Shown here: positions 49,102 to 58,853 of the stretch, piece by piece | Numbering within the stretch: position 1 is the first letter of the stretch | Layout of the letters: every line of letters starts with the position of its first letter | Assembly: GCA_003220685.1 (NCBI GenBank) | Contig: QHTE01000062.1 | Span: 5,624-69,623, forward strand | Reading direction: 5' to 3' | Source: Candidatus Rokuibacteriota bacterium | GTDB taxonomy: Bacteria > Methylomirabilota > Methylomirabilia > Rokubacteriales > CSP1-6 | DNA: 64,000 nucleotides | Translations under genes and position numbers: made by a program | The notes under the pieces: generated by a model | Told to the model about the DNA's origin: nothing | The model's input: only the letters and a program-made list of their open reading frames with translations | Database searches by the model: none

Positions 49102-51933
49102 TCAGGCGCCATCCAAACGATAGGCAGACGCGTCGGGCTTGAACGCGCGCGGCAGCCAGAGCGGCCGTCTCAGGTTGTCGGGGCCCGGGGCGGGACGGGC
49201 GAGCGCCAGCCACTCACGGTAGACCTCGAACGATTTGTCGGTGTCGACGAACACGTCGCCGTAGCGGTCGTCCGAGCTGGGCCGCGTCACGGTCACCTTC
49301 TGATGCCAGCAATGCTGGCCGCTGACTGGATCGGGCTGGACCGGGAAGGTCAGGTTCTGGTGCACGCCGGCCTCGTTCCACCAGATCCGCGACGAATCGG
49401 GATCGTCGCTCGCGAACGGCCGCGGCCCGTGCCGCTGGCGCATGCGCCACTTGCCCGCGTCGAGCCGGCTCAAATCGACCAGGGCGGTCGACCACCGCTC
49501 GCCGCCCGCGTCCTCGTGCAGGCGCCACCGGCCCAGGTGGTGCGAGCACGCCACCACACCCGGACGCACGGACTCGGTCACCCACACCCGGTCGACGAAA
49601 TGCCCGATGCGCGTCGCGACCTTCAGGAGGTCACCGGTGGCGACGCCGAGCCGCGTCGCGTCCTCGGGATGGAGCCAGAGCGGGTTCGTGTGGGAGATCT
49701 CGTAGAGCCACTTCGCGTTGCCCGACCGCGTATGGATCAAGGTCGGCAGCCGGAACGTCGGCAGCAGGACCATCTCGCCCTTCGCGCGATCGAGGTTCGA
49801 CCAGTGCACGTGGCTCCGGATGTAGTTCGGCACCGCCTGCTCCGGCCACTTCCAAGCCTTCAAGGTCTTGGAGAAGAACTCGAGCTTGCGCGAGGGCGTG
49901 GGAAAGCCGATGTGGCGACGGCCGTCGATCTCGACACCGACCGCCTGTCCGCCCTTGACGACGACCTGCGTGACCGGATCGACCGTCGCGCCGTCCAGCT
50001 CGCGCGCGGACGGCGCCTGCTCGTGCGTGCGGTAGACGCCGTCCTCGATGAGAAATGCGCCGTACTTCCGCATGTACTCGAGCGGCGTCAGCTTCTCCTT
50101 TGCGGCCGCTTCGGGAAGTCCGGGGACGCTGTTCTCGAAGATCCAGCGATACTGCTCCTCGATCCTGAGCTTCTCGCCCGGGCGATAGGGCGACTCGAAG
50201 TACTTTCGGATGCCGAGCGAGCCGTCCGGATCGATCCGCCAGGAAAGCTCGATCCAGAACTCGTCCTCCTCCCAGACCTGGCCGATGCCGGCCGCCTCGT
50301 GGGCCTGCCAGGTGAGATCGAAGCGCTTGCCCGTCCTCTCGAGCGCGACGCGCAGCACGGGCTGGCGGAAGCCGATCCACCGTGCGGCGTGAGTCTCCTG
50401 CGACATCAGATCGTGGCGCTCGGAGGCGTGGCCCATCGGCAGCACGTAGTCGGCGAACCACGCCGTCTCGCTCCAGATCGGCGTGAGACACGCGTGGCGC
50501 TCCACCTTCGTCTCGTCGGTGAGCGCCTCGATCCACGACATCCCATCGGGATTCGTCCACACCGGGTTGTAGACGCGCGTGAAGTACATCGCGAGCTTGC
50601 CGCGGCCCTCTCTCAGGAAATGCGGGAGCAGGAAGCTCATCTCGAAGAACGCGAGTGGATACTCGCGCGGCATCAGGAGCTCGCTCCAGATCTTGGCGGG
50701 CGGCGGCATCATCGGCGGCGCCGGCACCGCCTTGTTCCAGGCGTTGGGCGCGGTCCCCCCGGGCGTGCCGACGGCGCCCATCAACACCACGAGCAGCTCG
50801 AGCGCGCGCGCCACCTGCCAGCCGCCGAGGTTACCGGCGGCGGTGTTGCGCCAGACGTGGGTCGCCAGCGCCGAGCCGGCGCGGCCGATCTCCCGCGCGA
50901 TCTCGACGATCGTCGACGCCGCGACGCCGCTCTCGGCCTCGGCGAACTCCGGGGTGAATCGCGCGTACAGCTCGTCGAGCGCGCGCTCGAACGAGTCGAA
51001 CGTGACCGGAAGATCCGGCCGCTCCTCGCGCAGGTACTCGTCCCAGTTCACCCAGCGTCGCACGAAGTCACGGTCGTAGAGCTTCTCGCGCACGAGGATG
51101 CGCGCCATCGCCAGGAGCACGGCCGACTCCGACCCGGGCCAGGGCGCCAGCCACCAGTCGGCCATCGACGCCGTGTTGCTGAGCCGCGTGTCGAAGACCG
51201 CGATCTTCGCGCCCCGCGCCTTGGCTTCGATGATCCGCTGGGCGTGCGGATTGAAGTAGTGGCCGGTCTCCAGGTGCGAGGAGAGCAGCAGGATGAAGCG
51301 CGCATTCGCGTGATCGGGCGAGGGGCGATCCATGCCGTGCCAGAAGGCGTAGCCGGCCCGCGCGCTCGCCGAGCAGACGTTCGTGTGGCTGTTGTGGCCG
51401 TCGATGCCCCAGGCGTGGAAGACGCGCTGGAGGTAGACGAGCTCGTGTCCCGGGCGGCCGAGGTGGTACATGACTTCGCGCTGCCGCCCCTCGACCAGCG
51501 CTCGGCGGATGCGCCCGCCGATGTCGTCGAGCGCGTCGTCCCACGTGACGCGCTCCCAGCGCCCTCCCCCGCGCGGCCCGACGCGGCGCAGCGGATAGCG
51601 GATGCGCTCGGGATCGGTCACCTGGTTCAAGGTCGCCGGGCCCTTGGCGCAATTGCGCCCGCGGCTTCCCGGATGCGTCGGGTTGCCCTCGAACTTCTGG
51701 ATCGCGAGCGTCTCCCGGTCGACGTAGGCGAGCAGCCCGCAGCCCGCCTCGCAGTTGAAGCAGATCGTCGGGATCAGCGAGTAGCGGCGCGTGACCTTCC
51801 GCGGCCAGGCGACCGGGTCATACTCTTCCCAGTCGTCCCAGCGCTCGACGGGCGGATAGCTCTTGAGACCGCCCTGGGACGCGGCGAGCTCCCGCGCGAC
51901 CGGATGAAGCGGCGCGGGCCCACGCTCGGTCAT
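49102..51933 (-). CDS. molybdopterin (bis-MGD) oxidoreductase catalytic subunit without Tat signal; SoeA-like candidate
   Basis: 943 aa. FS0 motif CFNCEAGCGLLAYV...CAKG, and HPGSRGRNCAKGPAT. No twin-arginine leader. Confidence 0.85.
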   Translation of the reverse strand: MTERGPAPLHPVARELAASQGGLKSYPPVERWDDWEEYDPVAWPRKVTRRYSLIPTICFNCEAGCGLLAYVDRETLAIQKFEGNPTHPGSRGRNCAKGPATLNQVTDPERIRYPLRRVGPRGGGRWERVTWDDALDDIGGRIRRALVEGRQREVMYHLGRPGHELVYLQRVFHAWGIDGHNSHTNVCSASARAGYAFWHGMDRPSPDHANARFILLLSSHLETGHYFNPHAQRIIEAKARGAKIAVFDTRLSNTASMADWWLAPWPGSESAVLLAMARILVREKLYDRDFVRRWVNWDEYLREERPDLPVTFDSFERALDELYARFTPEFAEAESGVAASTIVEIAREIGRAGSALATHVWRNTAAGNLGGWQVARALELLVVLMGAVGTPGGTAPNAWNKAVPAPPMMPPPAKIWSELLMPREYPLAFFEMSFLLPHFLREGRGKLAMYFTRVYNPVWTNPDGMSWIEALTDETKVERHACLTPIWSETAWFADYVLPMGHASERHDLMSQETHAARWIGFRQPVLRVALERTGKRFDLTWQAHEAAGIGQVWEEDEFWIELSWRIDPDGSLGIRKYFESPYRPGEKLRIEEQYRWIFENSVPGLPEAAAKEKLTPLEYMRKYGAFLIEDGVYRTHEQAPSARELDGATVDPVTQVVVKGGQAVGVEIDGRRHIGFPTPSRKLEFFSKTLKAWKWPEQAVPNYIRSHVHWSNLDRAKGEMVLLPTFRLPTLIHTRSGNAKWLYEISHTNPLWLHPEDATRLGVATGDLLKVATRIGHFVDRVWVTESVRPGVVACSHHLGRWRLHEDAGGERWSTALVDLSRLDAGKWRMRQRHGPRPFASDDPDSSRIWWNEAGVHQNLTFPVQPDPVSGQHCWHQKVTVTRPSSDDRYGDVFVDTDKSFEVYREWLALARPAPGPDNLRRPLWLPRAFKPDASAYRLDGA

Positions 51934-51940
51934 GACAGTC

Positions 51941-53491
51941 CTAGCTCAGCGGAACCGACTGCCCGGCCTTCACCCACAAGTCCTCCCAGAGCCACAAGCC
52001 CGCCAGCGCCAGGACCGCGCCGAGCGCGCTCAGCGCGGTCGAGTCCGACGCGGCGCCGGCGATCATCAGCGCCATCGGCAGGACCACGCCGCCGAGCACC
52101 ACGCCGACCCAGAAGCGCGCGCGATAGGATCCGCAGCGGATCAGCCGCGCGGCGAGCGTCGCATCGTGGACGGCGTGGCGCTTGAACACCTCGAGCCCGA
52201 TCAGAAAGCCGTGGGCGACCAGGGACAAGAACAGGAGCGGCCACAGGGTGGCGCTCGGGTCCGCCTCGGGGTGGGGCAGCGGCGCGGCCGCGGCGGCGAT
52301 CGACAAGGCGGCGGCGCCCGCCAGCACGGCGCCGACGATCAGATGCGGAAGCACGAGCGGGCTCTGCCAGAAGTCTCGTCCCTCGGCTTGCCCGAACAGG
52401 AACGCGCTGTAGCCGGCCGTCGCGAGAGCCAGGAGCATCGACGGGACCAGTGCCAGGTGGAGCAGGTCCGATCGTCCCGTCGCGCCCGCCACGAGCCATA
52501 CGGCGCCGGCGGCGCCGAACGCCATCAGGATCCAGGCGCCCCACACGAGCCACGACCGCCAGTTCGGCTTCAGCAAGATGTAGGCGAAGCGCTCGGGGCG
52601 CTTGAGATCCACGACGAGCAGCGCCGTGGTGATCGCGAGGAAGACCAGACTGAGTACCGGCGCGATGCCATTGAAGAGGCTTCCCCACGATTCGGAGCCG
52701 GCGAAGGCCGCGACGAGCAGCACGCCCGCCGAGATCGACTTCGTCCACAGGTAGGCCGAGACCTTCCACCCCCAGGGCCGCACGGCGTGCGGCACGTCGT
52801 AGACGGGCCGGCTGAGCGCGGCGTCCGCGGGGCCGCGCGCCGTGTCCCGGACGGCGGCGACCATCTTCATCAGATCCACTTCTTCACGGGGTCGCTCGGC
52901 CCAGAGATAGCCCTCCGACGGCATCTGCAGCTCGGGCGTGAGCGAGGCGGCGTCGGCGCCGACGTAGAAGACCTTCGGCCGCGTGCCCTGCTCCGCCTTC
53001 CTCACCTGCACCGGCTCGCGCGCCACGGTCACGGCGATCGGCGAAGCGGGGTCGTCGAGATCGCCGGCGATGATCGCGCGCTCGGGGCACACGATCACGC
53101 ATGCGGGCTCGAGGCCGACCTCGACCCGGTGCGCGCAGTAGTTGCACTTCGCCGCGGTCGACGTCTCCGGGTCGATGTAGAGCGCGTCGTAGGGACAGGC
53201 CTGCATGCACGACTTGCAGCCGATGCAGCGGCGGCCGTCGAAGTCCACGATGCCGTCGTCGCGCCGGTAGAGGGCGACGGTCGGGCAGATGGTCACGCAG
53301 GGCGCGGCATCGCAGTGGTTGCACCGGAGCACGGAAAAGTAGCGGCGCGTGTTCGGGAAGACGCCCCGCTCGACGTACTTCACCCAGGTACGGAAGGCGC
53401 CGAGCGGAACGCGATTCTCTTCTTTGCACGCCACCGTGCAGGCGTGGCAGCCGATGCACCGGCGCTGGTCGATCACGAACCCGTAGCGCAC
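51941..53491 (-). CDS. fusion of a four-cluster 4Fe-4S ferredoxin subunit (PsrB/DmsB/SoeB-like) with an NrfD/PsrC/SoeC-like membrane subunit
   Basis: 516 aa. Has CIGCHACTVAC, CNHCDAAPCVTICP, CIGCKSCMQACP and CNYCAHR...CVIVCP, followed by about 8 hydrophobic helices. Confidence 0.85.
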   Translation of the reverse strand: MRYGFVIDQRRCIGCHACTVACKEENRVPLGAFRTWVKYVERGVFPNTRRYFSVLRCNHCDAAPCVTICPTVALYRRDDGIVDFDGRRCIGCKSCMQACPYDALYIDPETSTAAKCNYCAHRVEVGLEPACVIVCPERAIIAGDLDDPASPIAVTVAREPVQVRKAEQGTRPKVFYVGADAASLTPELQMPSEGYLWAERPREEVDLMKMVAAVRDTARGPADAALSRPVYDVPHAVRPWGWKVSAYLWTKSISAGVLLVAAFAGSESWGSLFNGIAPVLSLVFLAITTALLVVDLKRPERFAYILLKPNWRSWLVWGAWILMAFGAAGAVWLVAGATGRSDLLHLALVPSMLLALATAGYSAFLFGQAEGRDFWQSPLVLPHLIVGAVLAGAAALSIAAAAAPLPHPEADPSATLWPLLFLSLVAHGFLIGLEVFKRHAVHDATLAARLIRCGSYRARFWVGVVLGGVVLPMALMIAGAASDSTALSALGAVLALAGLWLWEDLWVKAGQSVPLS

Positions 53492-53494
53492 CGC

Positions 53495-54292
53495 TCAGCC
53501 CCGCGTCAGCATCTGGATCACGTCCCACCACACGCGTGCCGCCGCGAGCACGATCGTGATCGCCAGCGCCCGCTTGAGGTATCGGCTACTCACCCGGTGA
53601 CTCGCCGCCGCGCCGAGCTGGGCCCCCGGAATCACCCCGACGGCGACCGTCAGCGCCGGCACGAACGGGATCTGCTGCGTGACCACCTTGCCCAGGAAGC
53701 CCGCGACTCCCGTCAGCGAGGTGATGGCGAGCGAGCTGGCGATGGTGACCCGAACCGGCACCCCGACCACGACGACGAGCAGGGGCACCAACAGAAACGC
53801 CCCTCCGGCGCCGACGAAGCCCGCGGCGGCGCCTACTCCTCCCGCGACCAGGATGATCCGCACCGGGTCGAATCGCAGCGTATCGCTCGCGCCCTCCGGA
53901 TCTGTCTCCCCGCCCGGCAACAAGATGAGGATCGCGCCAGCCGTCGCCATCACGGCGTAGACCACGAGCAGCCACTGTTCGTCCGTCCACTTGGACGCCA
54001 GGGCGCCCGCGAAGGAGCCGACGGTGGCGGCGATCCCACCGAGAACCGTAAGCTGGCGGTTCACCCGGCCGTACCTTCGGTGAGCGAGGAAGCCTGACAC
54101 CGCGGTGACGAACACGAGCGCCATCGTGACGCCGACGACGTCCCGCACGTCGAGCGCGCCGACGCCGAGAGCGGGGGGAACGTAGAGCAACAGCGGGAAC
54201 ATGACGAGCGCGCCGCCGATGCCCAGGAAGCCGGCGCAGAAGGCGCCGAAGAACCCGATGCCGACGAGGGCTACGCCGAGCGGGGCTGTCAC
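53495..54292 (-). CDS. TauE/SafE (TSUP) family sulfite/anion exporter
   Basis: 265 aa with about 8 TM segments. GFLGIGGALVMFPLL and GAGGAFLLVPLL repeats are typical of TauE/SafE. Confidence 0.8.
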   Translation of the reverse strand: MTAPLGVALVGIGFFGAFCAGFLGIGGALVMFPLLLYVPPALGVGALDVRDVVGVTMALVFVTAVSGFLAHRRYGRVNRQLTVLGGIAATVGSFAGALASKWTDEQWLLVVYAVMATAGAILILLPGGETDPEGASDTLRFDPVRIILVAGGVGAAAGFVGAGGAFLLVPLLVVVVGVPVRVTIASSLAITSLTGVAGFLGKVVTQQIPFVPALTVAVGVIPGAQLGAAASHRVSSRYLKRALAITIVLAAARVWWDVIQMLTRG

Positions 54293-54329
54293 GCATACCC
54301 CTCCGCCGACACGCGCGCGCTCAGCGCCG

Positions 54330-54914
54330 CTACCTGACGCTCGACCAGTATGCCGCCAGGTCGGCGATCTGCTCGTCGGGGATCGTCCGCATCAGCGCCT
54401 TGACCGCCTTGAGCTGCTCGTCGCCCGGGCTCCGCCGATCGGCCTTGAAGAGGAGCATCTGGTTGCGGAGATATCCCGGCGGCTGGCCGGTGAGATCGGG
54501 GACGCCTTTGGAGGCATCGCCCTTGCCCGACACGCCGTGACAGAGCGTGCACTGGACGGACGCGGCCCTCCCGCGCTCGATGGCGGTCGGATCGAGCTTG
54601 ACCGGCGACGGCGTCCGCGCCTGAGCCGCGAAGTACGCGGCGACGTCGTCGACGCCCGATTGCAGCACCGCCTTCGCGTAGGGCTCCATCTCCGGCGATG
54701 TCCGCTTGCCCGCCGCGTAGTCCTGGATCGCCTTCTTGAAGTACCAGGGCGCGATACCGGCCAGGATCGGCATCGTGTTCGACTGACTCTGCCCGGCGAA
54801 TCCATGACACGCGCTGCAGACGAGCGCCTGGGACGCCCCCGGCATGTCGAGCGGCCCCGCCACCACCGGACCCGCGAATGCCAGCACGAGCAGCCAACTC
54901 GTGAGAACACGCAT
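54330..54914 (-). CDS. fccA: diheme cytochrome c subunit of flavocytochrome c sulfide dehydrogenase
   Basis: 194 aa from MRVLTSW. Has a signal peptide and the heme motifs CSACH and CTLCH. Confidence 0.75.
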   Translation of the reverse strand: MRVLTSWLLVLAFAGPVVAGPLDMPGASQALVCSACHGFAGQSQSNTMPILAGIAPWYFKKAIQDYAAGKRTSPEMEPYAKAVLQSGVDDVAAYFAAQARTPSPVKLDPTAIERGRAASVQCTLCHGVSGKGDASKGVPDLTGQPPGYLRNQMLLFKADRRSPGDEQLKAVKALMRTIPDEQIADLAAYWSSVR

Positions 54915-54969
54915 CGTCGTTTCCTTTCGTGCCGAGCAATCGATGAGCGCCGTTATCATTCGCCTGCGC

Positions 54970-56226
54970 CTAGCCGAGCATGTCCGCCCAAATACTGTTA
55001 GCCCAACCGACCGCGTTCTGAGCCCACGCCTCCGACTGTCCAGGCGTGAGCTTCTGCTCGATCTGGACGACCTTGCCGCCCTCGATCTTGTAGCTGTTGA
55101 CGACGGCGATCGCCTCCCGGTCGCTCACCCAGCTGTAGCAGGTGTTTCCGGGCGCAATCGACGGCGCGGGCTTGTCGTTGAGCAGGCTCGTGACCGCGAC
55201 CGCGCAGATCTTGCCCATCGCGTTGGCGATGTTGCCCGACTTCGGCACCGGCAGACCGATCGTCGAATCGCCGATCACGTGGATGTTCTTGTGCTTGACC
55301 GATTCGTAGGTCAGATGGCTGACCTCGCACCAGCGCTTGTCCGCGCCGACCAGGTCCGCCGTGACCGCGATCGTCCCGGCCCGCTGCGGCGGGATCAGGT
55401 TGAGCACGTCGTACTTCACCTTGTCGCCGAGCTCCGTCGTCACCTCGCGCGCGCCCGGATCGACCTTCACGACCTTGTTCGAGCCGCGATACTCGATGTT
55501 CGGGTATGCCGCCCACGCGGCGCGGAACAGGGCGGCCTTCGAGACGAGGTTCGGGTTCGCGTCGAGCACGATCAGCTTTGACTTCGGCTTGCGATTCTTC
55601 AGATACCAGGCGACCTGGCACGTGCGCTCGTACGGTCCGGGCGGGCATCGATAGGCGGCCGGCGGGATCGTCAGCACGAACACGCCGCCGTCCGGCATCG
55701 CCTGGAGCTGTCGAGCCAGCTCGACGGTTTGCGGGCCGGCCTTCCAGGCGTGGAGCACGCGATCTTGCGCGGCGGCGAGCCCGTCGACCTGATCCCACTG
55801 GAACTCGACCCCCGGGGAGACGATGAGCCGGTCGTACGGCAGGGCAGCGGTCCCGACACGGACGCGTCGCGTGTCGGGCTCGATCATCGTGGCCGTCTCG
55901 TGCAGCACCTTGACGCCCTGGGCGCGCAGCCGATCGTAGTTGAAGGTCAGGCTCTCGATCGTGCGCTGTTCGCTCAGCACGAGGTTCGAGAACGGACACG
56001 AGACGAACTCCCGATTCGGCTCGAGCAGGACGACCTCGATCGACGGATCGGCCAGGCGCACGTACTTGGCCGCCGTGGCGCCGCCCCATCCGCCGCCGAT
56101 GACGACGACGCGGCGGCCCGGCTTCTGCGCGAAGTCCGACACCTTCGGGGCGCAGCCCGCGGTAAGGAGCCCGAGCCCGGCCCAGGACGACGTTCGAAGG
56201 AATTCTCTGCGCGTCGACTCCTTCAT
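54970..56226 (-). CDS. fccB: flavocytochrome c sulfide dehydrogenase flavoprotein subunit (FccB/SoxF)
   Basis: 418 aa. Tat motif TRREFLRT. Has VVVIGGGWGGATAAKY and YRCPPGPYER motifs. Confidence 0.85.
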   Translation of the reverse strand: MKESTRREFLRTSSWAGLGLLTAGCAPKVSDFAQKPGRRVVVIGGGWGGATAAKYVRLADPSIEVVLLEPNREFVSCPFSNLVLSEQRTIESLTFNYDRLRAQGVKVLHETATMIEPDTRRVRVGTAALPYDRLIVSPGVEFQWDQVDGLAAAQDRVLHAWKAGPQTVELARQLQAMPDGGVFVLTIPPAAYRCPPGPYERTCQVAWYLKNRKPKSKLIVLDANPNLVSKAALFRAAWAAYPNIEYRGSNKVVKVDPGAREVTTELGDKVKYDVLNLIPPQRAGTIAVTADLVGADKRWCEVSHLTYESVKHKNIHVIGDSTIGLPVPKSGNIANAMGKICAVAVTSLLNDKPAPSIAPGNTCYSWVSDREAIAVVNSYKIEGGKVVQIEQKLTPGQSEAWAQNAVGWANSIWADMLG

Positions 56227-56238
56227 CCCGCCCCTCCG

Positions 56239-57405
56239 CTAGACCACGCTGAACGTGTGCGTCTCTTCGTTCCAGGTCGACAGCATAGCCCACGCGAGCG
56301 CGATCGCGACGATCAACGCGAGGGCGCCCCCCCAACCGAGCGACGCCGGCAAGAAGATCGCCGCGCCGAGCTTCTGCAGTAGTCCGGTCTGGGCGGCGAC
56401 CAGCCGCGCGAGCGAGACGCCCACGGCGAAGCACGCGACGGCCGCCCAGAGCTTCACCTGGCCCTCGCCGGCGCGCCAGAGCGAGCCCGCCCCGCATCCG
56501 CCCGCGAGCGTCATGCCGACGCCGAAGGCCAGACCGCCGGCGAGCGAGCCGAGCCCCGCCGCGGGAAACACCCACTCGCTCTTGTCCTTGAGGTCGGTGA
56601 ACTTCAAGATCGCGAAGCCAAGGGTCGACACCACGAGCGCCAGCGCGGCGGCGCGCGTGTGCTCGGCGTCGCCCGACATGAACGGCTCGCGAAAGGCGCG
56701 CACCAGGCAGAAGCGCGATCGCTGGAAGACCACGCCGAACGCGGCGCCGAAGAGCAGAAAGACGCCCTGCGGCCCGTAGCCCGCGCGCGTGTAGACGAAC
56801 AGCGCCGCCAGGACGAGCCCGGCGACGATCGCGCCGGCCCACGCGTGACCCGCGGCCTCCGGTCCTCCGGCCTGCAGATAGATGCGGCCGCCGCCCCGCG
56901 ACCACTGCGGCCGGTGCGCGACCTCCCAGATCAAATACCGGATGCCGATGAACGCGCCCGCGCCGAGCCCGAGCATCATTCCGAGGCCCGACAGCGACAG
57001 CGCGCTCGTCGCCGAGAAGAACCCGCCAATGTTGCACCCGAAGGCGAGCACGGCGCCGACGCCCATCAGGAGCCCGCCGGCGCCGCCCTTGACGAGCTCG
57101 GCGCGCGCGGGAACGCGGATGGCGAACTCGCGCGACAGGAGCGCCGCGATCGTGCCGCCGACGACCACGCCGATGTTCAAGAGGGAGCCCGAGTAGAGCC
57201 AGGGCGGCAAGAGGTCGGCGCGCCGGACGAGGCCGACGCCGGTCAGCACCCAGTCGCCCCAGTTCCGGAGCCCGTCCGACGCGGTCCACGGGCGATCGAA
57301 GGCGAAGAGGAAGACGTTCAGGGTGGCGACGAGCACGGCGGAGCCCCACACCAGCCACGGGCGCCCGAACACCGCCGCGTACAGCGGAGCGAGCGAGCTC
57401 GGCAC
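56239..57405 (-). CDS. YeeE/YedE family sulfur-compound (thiosulfate-type) transporter
   Basis: 388 aa with a duplicated GCNIGG / GGCGAGS Cys-containing motif in TM regions. Confidence 0.8.
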   Translation of the reverse strand: MPSSLAPLYAAVFGRPWLVWGSAVLVATLNVFLFAFDRPWTASDGLRNWGDWVLTGVGLVRRADLLPPWLYSGSLLNIGVVVGGTIAALLSREFAIRVPARAELVKGGAGGLLMGVGAVLAFGCNIGGFFSATSALSLSGLGMMLGLGAGAFIGIRYLIWEVAHRPQWSRGGGRIYLQAGGPEAAGHAWAGAIVAGLVLAALFVYTRAGYGPQGVFLLFGAAFGVVFQRSRFCLVRAFREPFMSGDAEHTRAAALALVVSTLGFAILKFTDLKDKSEWVFPAAGLGSLAGGLAFGVGMTLAGGCGAGSLWRAGEGQVKLWAAVACFAVGVSLARLVAAQTGLLQKLGAAIFLPASLGWGGALALIVAIALAWAMLSTWNEETHTFSVV

Positions 57406-57412
57406 TAGACCG

Positions 57413-58816
57413 TCACGCGCGGGGAGAGGCGCCCGAGTCCGACGACGAGCGCACGACGGGATAGCCGAACCGCTTCCACGCCGTCATGCCACCCGTGACG
57501 TTGTACCAGCCCTGCAGGCCGTGCCGCTTGAGCGCGCTGATCGCCGTGCTCGAGCGCAGGCCGCCGGCGCAGAGCACGGCCTTGGGCCGGTCGGCCGGCA
57601 CCTCGGCGCGCCGCGCCGCCGCTTCGAGCATCGGCAGGTGGATGGCGCCGTCGATGTGGCCGTCGATCCACTCGGCGTGCTCGCGCACGTCGATCACGGC
57701 CACGTCGCGGCCCTGCTCGAGCCACTCGGCGAGCTCGGACACCGTGATCTGCGGCACCGTCTCGATCGGGAAGCCCTCGCTGCGCCACTCGATCATGCCC
57801 CACTGGAGGAAGCCGCTGATCTCGTCGACGCCGACACGCGCGAGCGCCTGCACGGCGCGATCGAGATCGGACGGACCCTGCGCCAGCAACAGGAGCGGCG
57901 CGCCGGCCGCCACCATGCCCGCGACGCGCTCGGCGAACTGCGGGCTCTCGATCCACACGTTGACGGCGCCGGCGATGTGCATCTCGCCGTAGGTCCCGGG
58001 ATCGCGCAGGTCCAGGACGACGTCGCCGCGCTGCACCGCCTCCCACGCTTCCCGCGCGGTGAAGGGCCGCGGCTTGGCGACCACGAGCGAGATCAGCCCC
58101 TTGTTCTTGCCGACGATCTTCTCGAACGAGGGCGGCTTCGGCGGGAGATCCTTCATGAGGAAATCGACGAACGCCTGGCGGTCGCGGAGCTGGAGCGCCG
58201 GGTTGAAGCGGCGCTCGAAGCCGATCGTCGAGCCCGACTTCGCCGACATCGCTTTCCCGCACGCCGAGCCGGCGCCGTGGGCCGGGTAGACCTCGACACT
58301 GTCGTCGAGCGGCAGCAGCACGCGCTGGAGACTCTCCCAGGCGTCCTCGGCCGCGCGGGCGCCGCCGAGATCGGGGCGTCCGACCGAGCCGACGAACAGC
58401 ATGTCGCCGGTCAGGACGAACCACGGCGCCTCGCCGCGGGACAGGTCGGACACCATCACGCAGATCGAGTCCGGCGTGTGGCCCGGCGTGTGGGCGATCT
58501 TGAAGCGCACGTTGCCGATCCGGAGCTCGTCGCCGTCGCTCACGTCCTGATGCTCGAAGGCCACGCCGGCCGCCCGGTGGACGAGGATCGGCGCCCGCAC
58601 GGCCTCGGCCAGATCGCGGTTGCCGGAGATGTGGTCGGCGTGTGTGTGCGTCTCGAGGATGTGGCTGATCGTGAGGCCCTTCTTGGCGGCGAGGCGGAGG
58701 TATTCGGGGACGCGGTCGCGACCGGGATCGACGACGAGGGCCTTGCCGGCCTCGCCGCAGCCGATCAGGTAGGAAAGGCAGCCAGACTCTTCGTTGAGGA
58801 TCTGCTGGAAGATCAT
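57413..58816 (-). CDS. persulfide dioxygenase (MBL fold) fused to two rhodanese domains (CstB-like)
   Basis: 467 aa. Has HTHADHISG and a C-terminal rhodanese active-site loop, LCAGGLRSS. Confidence 0.85.
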   Translation of the reverse strand: MIFQQILNEESGCLSYLIGCGEAGKALVVDPGRDRVPEYLRLAAKKGLTISHILETHTHADHISGNRDLAEAVRAPILVHRAAGVAFEHQDVSDGDELRIGNVRFKIAHTPGHTPDSICVMVSDLSRGEAPWFVLTGDMLFVGSVGRPDLGGARAAEDAWESLQRVLLPLDDSVEVYPAHGAGSACGKAMSAKSGSTIGFERRFNPALQLRDRQAFVDFLMKDLPPKPPSFEKIVGKNKGLISLVVAKPRPFTAREAWEAVQRGDVVLDLRDPGTYGEMHIAGAVNVWIESPQFAERVAGMVAAGAPLLLLAQGPSDLDRAVQALARVGVDEISGFLQWGMIEWRSEGFPIETVPQITVSELAEWLEQGRDVAVIDVREHAEWIDGHIDGAIHLPMLEAAARRAEVPADRPKAVLCAGGLRSSTAISALKRHGLQGWYNVTGGMTAWKRFGYPVVRSSSDSGASPRA

Positions 58817-58853
58817 CGTCGCCGCCTATTCTACGTCGAAGGGGCTCGACGCC

